Below the pieces are notes generated by a model. The model was not told the DNA's origin. It ran no database searches and saw only the letters and a program-made list of their open reading frames with translations. The position numbers and the translations under genes are program-made. This document shows positions 7,220 to 16,597 of a stretch of DNA of 64,000 bases, piece by piece (within the stretch, counting starts at the first letter, position 1; every line of letters begins with the position of its first letter). The stretch comes from Chloroherpetonaceae bacterium (GTDB lineage: Bacteria > Bacteroidota > Chlorobiia > Chlorobiales > Thermochlorobacteraceae): contig JBDNCJ010000001.1 of assembly GCA_046719715.1 (NCBI GenBank), positions 79,639-143,638 on the forward strand, given 5' to 3'.

Positions 7220-9814
7220 ATGCCGGATTCCCGCATCACCTTGAAAAGCCTCTTGATTACATGTGCTTTGTTCTCGATTCATTCAGCGCTCTTGGCGCAA
7301 AGCATGGGCGTGATTCGCGGAAAAGTCGTTGATGAAAAAACGCGCGAACCGCTCACAGGTGCCGTGATTCGTTTGGAGAAAACACAATACGGCGCAATTT
7401 CCGACGTCAATGGAAACTACACGATTTCCAACGTTCCCGTAGGCGACTATATGATGAAAGTCTCTCTCATCGGCTACGAAGAAATTGAAGAAGCGCACGA
7501 TGTTGAAAGAGGAAAAACGCTCGTTGTGAATTTTGAACTGCGCGAAAAAGCCATTCAATCTGAAGAGGTGCAAGTGATTGCCGACGCGACGCGCCAGCCG
7601 CAGGAGGACGTGCGCACCAGCGTCTATAAAATCACGCCGCGACAAAGCAAAATCCTTGCGGGCGGCTTGGAAGATATTATGCGCTCTTTGCAGGCGATTC
7701 CGGGCGTCTTGGCGCAAAATGATTTTTCCTCACAACTTTTTATTCGCGGCTCCGGTCCTGACCAAAACTTGATGGTGATTGACGATATCGAGGTGTTCAA
7801 TCCGTATCGGCTTTACGGCACGGTGAGCATGTTCAATCCCGAAACCGTCGCCGACGTGAGCCTGATTACGGGCGGCTTTCCTGCGAAGTATGGCGATAGG
7901 CTTTCGGCGGTACTTGACGTCGGCAATCGCAACGGCTCGCGCGATGTGGCGTTTCAAACGCAACTCGATATGAACATCACCGATGCAAACATCATCGTCG
8001 AGGGCAAGTCGCCGTTCAAGCTCAACGGCTCTTGGATTATGTCGGCGCGGCGCACTTATTACGATTTGATTGTTGGTCCGATTTTGCGCAACACAGGTCG
8101 CGTCGATAACAACACCGCTTTCCCGAATTTCACCGATTTTCAAACTCGATTCTTTCTTGAACTCAATCCGACGAACTACCTTATTCTTACAGGCGTCTAC
8201 GGACGCGACGCCGTTAATGTGCTTACAGCACAGCGCAGCAACGCGCAGCCCGATAGCGTCAGCGTCGGCAATACGACGAACAACGATTTAATTGGCGTTG
8301 CTTGGCACTATCAGCCGAGTTCGCGCAGTTTGAACAAATTAATCGCCTCGTGGTATCGCAACAGCGGCGACTCGCGCTTCGGCGGCTCGTTCATCGATCG
8401 GCTCAACTATAACGATGCATTCTTAGACGAAGTCGAGCAGGATAGTTTAATCAATCCGGCGACGCTTGCGTCTATCAATCTTCGCTCCGATTCCTACTTT
8501 TCATTTACGAAGTGGACGCTCCGAGATGAATTCTCAAAGCGATACAATCGCCACCTCGTCGAAATGGGCGCAGGCGTTGATGTGATGGAAACGACATTTG
8601 AACTCTTGCTCGAAGCCGATGAAGCCACTGCCGCCCTGCTTCGCGCCCAACAAGGCAATCCGCGTTTTAGTGCATTGCCGCTCAATCAGCGCATTGGGCA
8701 ATCTGAAACCTACGTGCGCTCTCATGCTTTTATTCAAGACCGATGGGAAGCGATTCCGAAACGGCTTTACATTCAACCCGGTTTGCGCTTTGATTATTAC
8801 GACGTGATTCAAAAAGCCTACCTGTCTCCGCGCTTCAATTTTTCGCTCGCCGTCAATCCAATCACAACCATTCGCGGCGCGTGGGGAATGTATCGGCAAT
8901 CGCCCGGCTATGAAAAACTTATCGACCAAACCGCGTTCTTCGATTTAACCCAACGCGGCACGCTTCAACGCCTCCAAGCCGAGCAAGCCGTTCATTATGT
9001 TTTGGGTCTTGACCGTTGGCTGAATGCGGAGTGGCAATTTCGCGGCGAAGTCTATTTCAAAGATTTCAATCGGTTGATTATTCAACAGCGCGAATTGCAA
9101 GAAGTGTTTCAGTCCGATTTTCTCGGCGGCTGGTCTTCGGATAAACGCAATTGGAGCGCCCCGACCTCGTCTCTTCAACCCGTTCTTACGCCGACGCCCG
9201 TCAATGAAGGCGAAGGCTCGGCTTACGGGATTGAATTGCTCCTCGAAAAGAAACTGATGAGCCAACAAGACCGCTTCAGCGGGTGGGCAAGTTACGCCCT
9301 CGCTTATGCTTACCGTGAGCGCGATGGCTTGCGTATTCCCTTCAACTTCGACCAACGGCACACAGTTAATCTCGTCGGGAATATCCGCTTGAATAACTGG
9401 CTGGATTTGGGAATCCGTTGGCGATACGGAAGCGGCTTTCCGATTACGCCCGCCCTTGCCGCCGCGCCGCGCATTGCGCCCAATCAAGACGGCGTGCCTG
9501 AAATTGTAACCGACGCACGCGGCAGAGTGCTCTTTAATTTGGATTACGGCGGCGAAGAAAATCTAAACGCGGAACGCTTGCCCGCCTATCACCGATTGGA
9601 CGTTCGGCTCACCGCCAAAACGCAATTCTGGGGCGGACGCTGGGAGTTTTATCTCGATGTGATTAACGCTTACAACCGCGTCAATGTGATTGGATACCGC
9701 TACGACGTCGAAGACCGCCGCGACGTTCCAAATGGTCGCTTGCCGGTTCTGGCGCGCGAGCAAACCGACATGCTTCCCCTGATTCCGACGCTCGGCATTA
9801 GTGCCATTTTCTAA
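7220..9814 (+). CDS. TonB-dependent outer membrane receptor with N-terminal carboxypeptidase-regulatory-like domain
   Basis: The ORF-track frame 7043-9814 is trimmed to the ATG at 7220, which gives the signal peptide MPDSRITLKSLLITCALFSIHSALLAQS. The protein has a CarboxypepD_reg-like segment (GKVVDEKTREPLTGAVIRLEKTQYGAISDVNGNYTISNVPVGDY), a plug region, a long beta-barrel and a terminal aromatic residue (..GISAIF). Confidence 0.85.
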   Translation: MPDSRITLKSLLITCALFSIHSALLAQSMGVIRGKVVDEKTREPLTGAVIRLEKTQYGAISDVNGNYTISNVPVGDYMMKVSLIGYEEIEEAHDVERGKTLVVNFELREKAIQSEEVQVIADATRQPQEDVRTSVYKITPRQSKILAGGLEDIMRSLQAIPGVLAQNDFSSQLFIRGSGPDQNLMVIDDIEVFNPYRLYGTVSMFNPETVADVSLITGGFPAKYGDRLSAVLDVGNRNGSRDVAFQTQLDMNITDANIIVEGKSPFKLNGSWIMSARRTYYDLIVGPILRNTGRVDNNTAFPNFTDFQTRFFLELNPTNYLILTGVYGRDAVNVLTAQRSNAQPDSVSVGNTTNNDLIGVAWHYQPSSRSLNKLIASWYRNSGDSRFGGSFIDRLNYNDAFLDEVEQDSLINPATLASINLRSDSYFSFTKWTLRDEFSKRYNRHLVEMGAGVDVMETTFELLLEADEATAALLRAQQGNPRFSALPLNQRIGQSETYVRSHAFIQDRWEAIPKRLYIQPGLRFDYYDVIQKAYLSPRFNFSLAVNPITTIRGAWGMYRQSPGYEKLIDQTAFFDLTQRGTLQRLQAEQAVHYVLGLDRWLNAEWQFRGEVYFKDFNRLIIQQRELQEVFQSDFLGGWSSDKRNWSAPTSSLQPVLTPTPVNEGEGSAYGIELLLEKKLMSQQDRFSGWASYALAYAYRERDGLRIPFNFDQRHTVNLVGNIRLNNWLDLGIRWRYGSGFPITPALAAAPRIAPNQDGVPEIVTDARGRVLFNLDYGGEENLNAERLPAYHRLDVRLTAKTQFWGGRWEFYLDVINAYNRVNVIGYRYDVEDRRDVPNGRLPVLAREQTDMLPLIPTLGISAIF

Positions 9815-9942
9815 TCTCGATACGCGCACCCCATTCTAATTTTAAGATGCTTTGCAAAAGCGTAAATTTTGCAAAGTCGTCATTGGGAAAGATATTTTGG
9901 TTATGTTTCCTCAAATCAGGCACAAGAGTAAAAACAATCACC

Positions 9943-10950
9943 ATGACAGTGCAACTACAGCGCTTTTTGGCATCGCTTCAAACCGAGCGCATGCTTTCGG
10001 AGCATACCGTAACGGCGTATCGAAACGACCTTGCGCAGTTCATGCAGTTTCTCAAAGTGCATTTTGAAGTGGAAGATGAATCTTTGATTCCGCTTGAATC
10101 GATTGATGCGCTCACGATTCGATTGTATTTGGGCGAGTTGTTGGAAAAGGGCTACGAAGCACGCTCGATTGGGCGCAAGTTGGCGGCGATTAAAACGTTC
10201 TTCAAGTTTCTTGTTTCGCTGAAAGTCTTGACGTCGTCGCCTGCCTCAACGGTCGCAACGCCGAAAACGAGCAAACGCCTGCCGACTTTTTTGAGCGAAG
10301 CGCAAACACAAAAACTCTTTGAAGAAACCCTCTGCGCCTTAGATGATTCAACCCTCGACGGTGCGCGTGATAAAGCCGTGTTGGAGCTTTTTTACAGCGC
10401 GGGCATACGGCTCTCGGAGCTCATTGGGCTGAACCGTGAAGACATCGACCTCGAGCAAGGCTTTGTGAAGGTGCTCGGAAAAGGCAAAAAGCAACGCATT
10501 GTTCCGATTGGAAAATCGGCTATTTCGGCACTAAGGAAATACTTTGAAGTGCGACGAAACTTTGATACGTTGCATCGTATCAAAAATAAAGAACATGGTG
10601 AGAAGATAACCGAAAACCATTCTAATCGGGAGACGGCACCAGAAACTACCAATCCAACAAACGCAACACACACCGCAGCCGCGTTCATCACCGAAAAAGG
10701 AGTGCGCGTTTATCCGATGCTTCTGCAACGATTGGTCAAAAATCTTCTTTCAGGCGTAACCGAGCAGAAGAAAAAAAGCCCACACGTCTTGCGACACACT
10801 TTTGCGACGCACATGCTCAACAGCGGTGCGGATTTGCGAAGCGTCAGCGAAATGTTGGGGCACGAGAATCTTTCAACAACGGAACTTTACACACACGTAA
10901 CCTTCGAGCGATTAAAAGAAACCTACAACAAAGCGCACCCGAAAGCCTAA
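9943..10950 (+). CDS. xerC: tyrosine site-specific recombinase, XerC/XerD family (carries a low-complexity insertion)
   Basis: The N-terminal SAM-like domain contains SEHTVTAYRNDLAQFMQFL. The catalytic region contains ARDKAVLELFYSAGIRLSELIGL, HVLRHTFATHML and GHENLSTTELYTHV (R..HxxR..H..Y). The start is trimmed to MTVQLQRF. Confidence 0.85.
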   Translation: MTVQLQRFLASLQTERMLSEHTVTAYRNDLAQFMQFLKVHFEVEDESLIPLESIDALTIRLYLGELLEKGYEARSIGRKLAAIKTFFKFLVSLKVLTSSPASTVATPKTSKRLPTFLSEAQTQKLFEETLCALDDSTLDGARDKAVLELFYSAGIRLSELIGLNREDIDLEQGFVKVLGKGKKQRIVPIGKSAISALRKYFEVRRNFDTLHRIKNKEHGEKITENHSNRETAPETTNPTNATHTAAAFITEKGVRVYPMLLQRLVKNLLSGVTEQKKKSPHVLRHTFATHMLNSGADLRSVSEMLGHENLSTTELYTHVTFERLKETYNKAHPKA

Positions 10951-11041
10951 TCCGCTTTTGAAAACGGGAAGCAACAAACCCGCCTCGCTCAAAGAGCGAA
11001 GCGACTCTTACCAACCACTTATCTTGAAAGGAAAAGCCATT

Positions 11042-11386
11042 ATGGGAAAGCAACATCTCAACGGGCACACGGCTACTGAAAACAAAATGCGCGTTCAATT
11101 CACCCTTCGCCATGCGAACAGCCATCCTGAAGTCGAACGCTACGCCCGAGAAGCCATACTGGATTTCGATAAGTATTACAATGGCGTTACCGATTGTCAC
11201 ATCATTCTTGACCACCAAGCGCACGACCTTGTAACGAACAAGCGAGCGGAAATCACGGCGCACGTGCATAGCCATACCTTCGTGTCGAAGCAAGCCGCGC
11301 CGACATATGAAAAAGCCATCGATTTATGCGTCGAGCACATCTGCCGACAACTTCAAAAGCACAAAGAAAAAATTAGACATCTCTAA
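11042..11386 (+). CDS. hpf: ribosome hibernation promoting factor / sigma-54 modulation protein family (short form)
   Basis: The core MRVQFTLRHANSHPEVERYAREAILDFDKYYNGVTDCHIILD...YEKAIDLCVEHICRQLQKHKEKI aligns with the HPF/RaiA pattern. The ATG at 11042 has an AGGA-like SD upstream. The alternative start at 11087 (MRVQF) gives 99 aa. Confidence 0.8.
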   Translation: MGKQHLNGHTATENKMRVQFTLRHANSHPEVERYAREAILDFDKYYNGVTDCHIILDHQAHDLVTNKRAEITAHVHSHTFVSKQAAPTYEKAIDLCVEHICRQLQKHKEKIRHL

Positions 11387-11397
11387 CGGTTTAGTTC

Positions 11398-11453
11398 TTG
11401 ATGAACGACGTGGCGCGCCAAGCAGAAATGATGTTGGCAACACGTCGTTCATC
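11398..11453 (+). terminator. long stem-loop between hpf and hprK (terminator or attenuator candidate)
   Basis: A perfect 14-bp inverted repeat, tgatgaacgacgtg ... cacgtcgttcatca, encloses an inner GCCAA/TTGGC stem. It is followed by ttgattttc. Confidence 0.4.
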
Positions 11454-11487
11454 ATTGATTTTCACATGCCGATTTTATCCTTGAGCA

Positions 11488-12552
11488 ATGGATTTCAACA
11501 AGCAACCGCTGAAAAAGAAAGACATCACCGTCGCCGAACTCTACGACGCGCTCACGGAGCGGCTCGGCGTCTCGCTCGAGCGGCTCAATAAGGTCGGCTT
11601 GAATCGTAAAATCGTTGAACGTGATATTCATCGTCCTGGACTCGCACTGGCAGGATTCACGAACCTCTTTACCTATCAGCGCGTTCAGATTCTTGGAAAC
11701 ACGGAATCGCGCTTTCTCAAACAGTTCTCGCCCGAAAAGCAGTGCGAAGCGTTCGCTCACATTACGCCTTACAAAATTCCTTGCATCTGCATCACCGACG
11801 GAAACGACTTCGACGAAAGCCTTCTGAACATGGCGACCGAAGCGCGCATTCCCGTCTTTCGTACCTCGCTTTCTACAACGAAGTTCATTTACCTTGTTAC
11901 CGATTTTTTAGACGACCAATTCGCACCCTATCAAGTCTTTCACGGCTCAATGGTCGATGTCTATGGTATCGGGATATTCTTCACGGGGCGAAGCGGAATT
12001 GGAAAATCGGAAATTGCACTGGATTTGGTCGAGCGCGGACATCGACTCGTTGCCGACGACGCCGTCGTCATTACCCGCAAAGGCGAATCAGTGTTAATGG
12101 CAAGCGGAATGGATACGATTGGGCATTTTATGGAAATTCGCGGCTTGGGATTTATTGACGTCGAAGCAATTTTCGGCGTGCGCGCCGTGCGCTACCAAAA
12201 GCGTCTGGAACTCGTCGTCGAACTCATGGAGTGGGATAGCAAAACCGAATACGACCGAACAGGACTTGCACCGAAAAACACCGATATTCTCGGCGTGCCC
12301 GTTCAGCACATTCAACTCCCGATTTATCCCGGAAAAAATATCACCGTTATTGCCGAAGTGATTGCGCTAAACTATCTTCTCAAACACTACGGCTACGATG
12401 CGGCGCAAGAATTAGATAAGCGCGTTCTGGAAAAAATCGCAACGCAATCCAAAGGCGGCAAAAAAAAGAAATTTAGATTCAGCGCGAATAAAATCAAGCG
12501 TAATCCCAAAAAAAGCCGAGCCATTGAATACTTCGAGCACGATTTCGAGTAG
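11488..12552 (+). CDS. hprK: HPr kinase/phosphorylase
   Basis: It has the P-loop GRSGIGKSEIALDLVERGHRLVADDAV and the signature MEIRGLGFIDV. At 354 aa it carries a Lys-rich C-terminal tail (KGGKKKKFRFSANKIKRNPKKSR). Confidence 0.9.
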   Translation: MDFNKQPLKKKDITVAELYDALTERLGVSLERLNKVGLNRKIVERDIHRPGLALAGFTNLFTYQRVQILGNTESRFLKQFSPEKQCEAFAHITPYKIPCICITDGNDFDESLLNMATEARIPVFRTSLSTTKFIYLVTDFLDDQFAPYQVFHGSMVDVYGIGIFFTGRSGIGKSEIALDLVERGHRLVADDAVVITRKGESVLMASGMDTIGHFMEIRGLGFIDVEAIFGVRAVRYQKRLELVVELMEWDSKTEYDRTGLAPKNTDILGVPVQHIQLPIYPGKNITVIAEVIALNYLLKHYGYDAAQELDKRVLEKIATQSKGGKKKKFRFSANKIKRNPKKSRAIEYFEHDFE

Positions 12553-12604
12553 CAACCCGGAAGTGCATCAAGCGAATTTTTCACAAATAAAACCAGCGAC
12601 TAAA

Positions 12605-14335
12605 ATGACCGTCAATTACATTCGGATTCTTCTTGCACTCTTCATTCTCTTCTCCTTCGCTTGTCAAAAGAAAGACGGCGAAAAATCACAAACAAGTACC
12701 CTCGCGACAACCCTTGTACTCGCCGACCGAAGCGACGTCGATAATTTCAATCCCGTCATCAGCTCGACCGTCCCCGGCTCCAACGCCATCTCGATGATTT
12801 ATCCCGGAATCACAGCGGGCACATTCGACACTGCAAACGGTTACCTCGTCTTTGAACCCTCAATCGCTAAAAGTTGGACGATTGCTCCCGACTTCAAATC
12901 CATCACCTACAACTTGCGCGGCGATGTCAAATGGACCGACGGCACGCCCCTAACGTCTCACGACTTCAAGTTCTCTTACCAACTCTACGGCGACACCATC
13001 ATTGCCAGCGCACGACAAGATTACCTCGAAAATTTCATCAAAGTCTTAGACAAAAAAGGCAAACCGACAGAACTCATCGACTACGACAAAGCCATTTTAA
13101 CCCCGAACGACACGACGCTCATTTTCAATTTCGATAAGCCCGTCGCCAAACACTTGATTGAATTTCATACCGCACTCACGCCGATTCCAAAACACATTTG
13201 GAAAGATGTTAAACCAAGTGAATTTCGTTCAAGCGAATTGAACTCCAATCCGACCGTCAGTTGCGGACCATTTAAGTTCAAAGAATGGAAACGCCAACAA
13301 GAATTTACCGTCGTCTCGAATCCCGACTATAATTTGCCCGCACCCGGTAAAATTCCGACCATCACCATGCGCGTCATTCCTGAATACACCACGCAACTCA
13401 CCCAACTCAAAACCGGCGCGATTGATGTCATGGAAGCCATCAAGCCCGAAGACGCGATTAAAATCGAGAAAGAAAATCCTGAAATCGATATTCGCGTTGT
13501 AAAGTATCGCACTTACTCCTATCTCATGCTCTCCAACATCGATTGTAAAGCCTATCAAGAAGGAAAGCAAATTAAGCCGCACCCGCTTTTTGGCACGAAG
13601 AAAACGCGCCTTGCGATTGCAATGGCAATCGACCGCGAAAAAATCTTGGACGGCTACTACTTCGGCAAATACGCCGAACTGATGACCTCTCCGATTTCAC
13701 CTGCGTTTAAGTGGGCGTTCAACAGCGACATCAAGCCGTATCCCTACGACCCCAAGCGCGCCAAAGAATTGCTTGCCGAAGACGGCTGGAAAATCGGCAG
13801 CGACGGCATTTTGGAGCGCAACGGCGTGAAGTTTTCATTTACGCTCATGAACTCCAAAGGCGCCACGGCGGGCGAATACATGGCGCCGATTATTCAGCAA
13901 AGTTTGAAAGAATTGGGAATCGAGTGCAACATTGAAGTCGTGGAGTTCAACGTGTTCGTCAAAAAAGCACGCGAGCATCAATTAGATGCGTCGCTCAACG
14001 CGCTCGGCGTCGGACTTGAAATCGACCTCTCCTCCGCTTTCGGAAGCGATTTGAATAAGTCGTATTTTAATTCGGCGGGCTACATCAACAAGCGCGTTGA
14101 TGAACTCAACAAATTAGGACAGTCCAAACTCCTGCGCGAAGAAGCGGCGCCGTATTGGAAAGAGTTCCAACAAATTTTCTACGACGACGTGCCGTTTGTG
14201 CCGATGTTTTGGAGCAGTCGAATTGTCGGCTACAACAAGCGCGTCATTGGCGAGAATCCAGATATTCTTTCCATTTATACCGACCTTGACAAATGGACGC
14301 TCTCCACGATGCCCGCGCAAGTGGAAGTGAAATGA
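12605..14335 (+). CDS. ABC transporter substrate-binding protein, family 5 (peptide/nickel/heme-type, DppA/OppA-like)
   Basis: The start is trimmed to MTVNYIRILLALFILFSFAC, a signal with a probable lipid-modified Cys. Its length of about 576 aa and segments such as FNPVISSTVPGSN, KWTDGTPLTSHDFKFSY and RLAIAMAIDREKIL are typical of SBP_bac_5. Confidence 0.8.
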   Translation: MTVNYIRILLALFILFSFACQKKDGEKSQTSTLATTLVLADRSDVDNFNPVISSTVPGSNAISMIYPGITAGTFDTANGYLVFEPSIAKSWTIAPDFKSITYNLRGDVKWTDGTPLTSHDFKFSYQLYGDTIIASARQDYLENFIKVLDKKGKPTELIDYDKAILTPNDTTLIFNFDKPVAKHLIEFHTALTPIPKHIWKDVKPSEFRSSELNSNPTVSCGPFKFKEWKRQQEFTVVSNPDYNLPAPGKIPTITMRVIPEYTTQLTQLKTGAIDVMEAIKPEDAIKIEKENPEIDIRVVKYRTYSYLMLSNIDCKAYQEGKQIKPHPLFGTKKTRLAIAMAIDREKILDGYYFGKYAELMTSPISPAFKWAFNSDIKPYPYDPKRAKELLAEDGWKIGSDGILERNGVKFSFTLMNSKGATAGEYMAPIIQQSLKELGIECNIEVVEFNVFVKKAREHQLDASLNALGVGLEIDLSSAFGSDLNKSYFNSAGYINKRVDELNKLGQSKLLREEAAPYWKEFQQIFYDDVPFVPMFWSSRIVGYNKRVIGENPDILSIYTDLDKWTLSTMPAQVEVK

Positions 14336-14390
14336 ATCCGTTCAAGGCGATGAAATGGGAAAACTCTATCAACGATAAATTGATTCAGCG

Positions 14391-15356
14391 ATGTTTAGTT
14401 ATGTGCTTCGCCGCGTCTTAGGCGCGATTCCGCTTGTTTTCGGCGTGCTGACGCTGACGTTTTTCATCATTCGCCTTGCGCCCGGCGACCCAGCGTCGTT
14501 TTTCATTCAGCCCGGCGTCTCGCCCAAAGTCGCCGAACAAATGCGCGAACAATACGGCTTGAACGACCCACTCATCGTTCAATACTTCAAGTGGCTGGGA
14601 AACGTCTTGCAAGGCGATTTCGGACGCAGTTTCAGCCGTCACCAACCGGTCTTCGACGTCATTCTCGAAGCCGTTCCAATTACGGTTTCGCTTGCGCTCA
14701 TTGGAATCACAATGCAGTTCATTTTCGGCATTTTGCTCGGCGTGATTTCAGCCGTCAAACAAGGCACGAAGATTGACCGAACGCTGACCGTTTCCGCGCT
14801 CTTCATTTACTCAATGCCTGAGTTCTGGCTCTCACTGATGCTGATTATTGTCTTCTCTCTGAAACTCGGTTGGTTTCCCGCGTCAAACCTCAACAGCATT
14901 GGGGCAGATGCGCTCAGCACATTCGATTACATCTTAGACCGCTTGCATCATTTAGTCTTGCCTATCTTCGTATTGAGTCTGGGTGGCATTGCAGGCTTAG
15001 CGCGCTATGTGCGTGGACAGATGCTCGAAGTCATTCGTCAAGACTACATTCGCACAGCGCGCGCCAAAGGGCTAAACGAGAAAATCGTCATTTTTAAGCA
15101 TGCGTTGCGCAACGCACTCTTGCCCGTTGTTACAATTCTCGGTGGGTCGCTTCCTGCGTTGTTTAGCGGCGCGCTCTTCATCGAGGTCATTTTCGCTATT
15201 CCGGGCATGGGGCGCATCGCCGTTGAAGCCGTCTTCGCCAGAGATTACCCGCTGATTATCGCCAATACCTTCATTTCAGGAACGTTAATCGTGATGGGCA
15301 ACTTATTAGCCGATGTCCTCTATGGGATTGTAGACCCGCGAATTAAACTCGGTTAG
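14391..15356 (+). CDS. ABC transporter permease, DppB/OppB type
   Basis: The N-terminus MFSYVLRRVLGAIPLVFGVLTLTFFIIRLAPGDP and the EAA-loop region YIRTARAKGLNEKIVIFKHALRNALLPVVT are hallmarks of DppB/OppB permeases. Confidence 0.9.
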   Translation: MFSYVLRRVLGAIPLVFGVLTLTFFIIRLAPGDPASFFIQPGVSPKVAEQMREQYGLNDPLIVQYFKWLGNVLQGDFGRSFSRHQPVFDVILEAVPITVSLALIGITMQFIFGILLGVISAVKQGTKIDRTLTVSALFIYSMPEFWLSLMLIIVFSLKLGWFPASNLNSIGADALSTFDYILDRLHHLVLPIFVLSLGGIAGLARYVRGQMLEVIRQDYIRTARAKGLNEKIVIFKHALRNALLPVVTILGGSLPALFSGALFIEVIFAIPGMGRIAVEAVFARDYPLIIANTFISGTLIVMGNLLADVLYGIVDPRIKLG

Positions 15357-15359
15357 AAA

Positions 15360-16040
15360 ATGAAGAAGCAAGTGTTTCAAATTGGATTGTATGTGTGGTT
15401 TGTCGGCGTGATTGTGTTTGCGATTGCTTCTCCGAATAAAGTCGGAATGCTGGCGGAAACAACGAAGAACATATACTTCCACGTGCCAATGGCGATTACG
15501 GCGGTGGTAGCCTTTTTCACATCGGTATGGTTCAGCGTGAAGTATCTGAAAACGCGCGACTTGGAAAGCGACATGAACGCCGAAGCCGCGTCGGGCTTGG
15601 GATTCTTGTTCAATCTCTTAGCGATGATTACCGGCGCGATTTGGGCGAAAGTAACTTGGGGCGCCTTCTGGCACTGGGATCCGCGACAGACGACCATCTT
15701 TTTAGTCTTCTTGATGTATTCGGCTTATTTCGCGTTGCGCAGTGCCGTGGATTCGGCGGAAAAACGCGCAATGCTTTCAAGCGTGTATAGCATCTTCTCG
15801 TTTCCTGCGCTCATTTTCCTTTACTTCGTATTGCCGCGCCTTGTGCCCGGCTTGCATCCGGGCTCGCCCGAAGGCGGCGAAGCCGGTATCAATCCTGCCG
15901 TCTCTTCAACCACTGACCCGATGATTCGCGCCGTGCTCTACTGCTCTATGCTCGGCTTTATCGCGCTTTTCTTCTGGCTGCACAACCTTCGCGTGCGGCA
16001 GATGAAACTCGCCGAGAAAATAACGCTAATCCAAGCCTGA
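15360..16040 (+). CDS. ccmC: CcmC-like cytochrome c assembly / heme-handling membrane protein
   Basis: 226 aa. It has the segment IYFHVPMA and the Trp-rich motif WAKVTWGAFWHWDPRQTT, which fits the WGxxWxWDxR pattern of the CcmC/CcsA family. It starts 3 nt after the permease stop. Confidence 0.8.
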   Translation: MKKQVFQIGLYVWFVGVIVFAIASPNKVGMLAETTKNIYFHVPMAITAVVAFFTSVWFSVKYLKTRDLESDMNAEAASGLGFLFNLLAMITGAIWAKVTWGAFWHWDPRQTTIFLVFLMYSAYFALRSAVDSAEKRAMLSSVYSIFSFPALIFLYFVLPRLVPGLHPGSPEGGEAGINPAVSSTTDPMIRAVLYCSMLGFIALFFWLHNLRVRQMKLAEKITLIQA

Positions 16041-16044
16041 TAGC

Positions 16045-16281
16045 ATGATGAAAAATCCGATTACGAGCGACAAAGAAATTTTAGGAGGAACGCCCGTCTT
16101 CGCGCATACAAGGGTGCCTGTGCAAATCCTTTTAGACCATCTGGAAGGAGGAGAAACAATTGACGATTTTTTAGAAGGATTCCCTTCTGTGTCGCGAGAA
16201 CAAGTCATCGCCTTTTTGGAAATAGCCAAAGACAAAATGATATCGGAAATGAAGTCTCCTCAAAATGAACATACTACTTGA
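16045..16281 (+). CDS. DUF433-family protein (putative antitoxin)
   Basis: 78 aa. The segment ILGGTPVFAHTRVPVQILLDHLEGGETIDDFLEGFPSVSREQVIAFLE matches the DUF433 pattern (GG.P...GTR.PV..vl..l..G....ei...yP.l). It overlaps the next ORF by 17 nt. Confidence 0.75.
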   Translation: MMKNPITSDKEILGGTPVFAHTRVPVQILLDHLEGGETIDDFLEGFPSVSREQVIAFLEIAKDKMISEMKSPQNEHTT

Positions 16282-16585
16282 TGAAAATGTAGATAAGCGC
16301 CTTGCAAACCAATTTCAAGTCTATAACATTAAAACGGTTCAGCAAATGGGATGGGCGGGCAAGAAAAACGGTGAGTTGTTGAAACTAATGAAAGATGTGT
16401 TTGATGTTTTCATTACTGCCGACCAAAATCTAACCTCGCAACAGGGCAAAATCCTTACAAGTGAGATAGCAATAATCGTATTGAAAGCGAGAAGAAACCG
16501 CCTTAAAGACCATTTGCCGCTAATTCCAAACATCAAGCAGGCTTTATTAGACATCAAGAAAGGACAAGTGATTTGCGTTCAATAA
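16265..16585 (+). CDS. DUF5615-family PIN-like protein (putative toxin partner of DUF433)
   Basis: 106 aa. The N-terminus MNILLDENVDKRLANQF matches the DUF5615/Mut7-C-like start (LLDENLP.RLA). It shows the classic two-gene overlap with the DUF433 gene. Confidence 0.7.
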   Translation: MNILLDENVDKRLANQFQVYNIKTVQQMGWAGKKNGELLKLMKDVFDVFITADQNLTSQQGKILTSEIAIIVLKARRNRLKDHLPLIPNIKQALLDIKKGQVICVQ

Positions 16586-16597
16586 ACAATAAACCCA

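Noticed and set aside
9850-9876. An AT-rich perfect 10-bp palindrome (ctttgcaaaa/ttttgcaaag) upstream of xerC
   Set aside because: It sits 36 nt after the TonB receptor stop and is most simply a weak bidirectional terminator or chance AT-rich symmetry. Nothing else supports a specific operator.
9943-10950. The tyrosine recombinase as a marker of an integrated mobile element
   Set aside because: No flanking direct repeats, adjacent tRNA target, or phage or conjugation genes are present. The xerC-hpf-hprK context is housekeeping, so a chromosome-dimer resolvase is the simpler reading.
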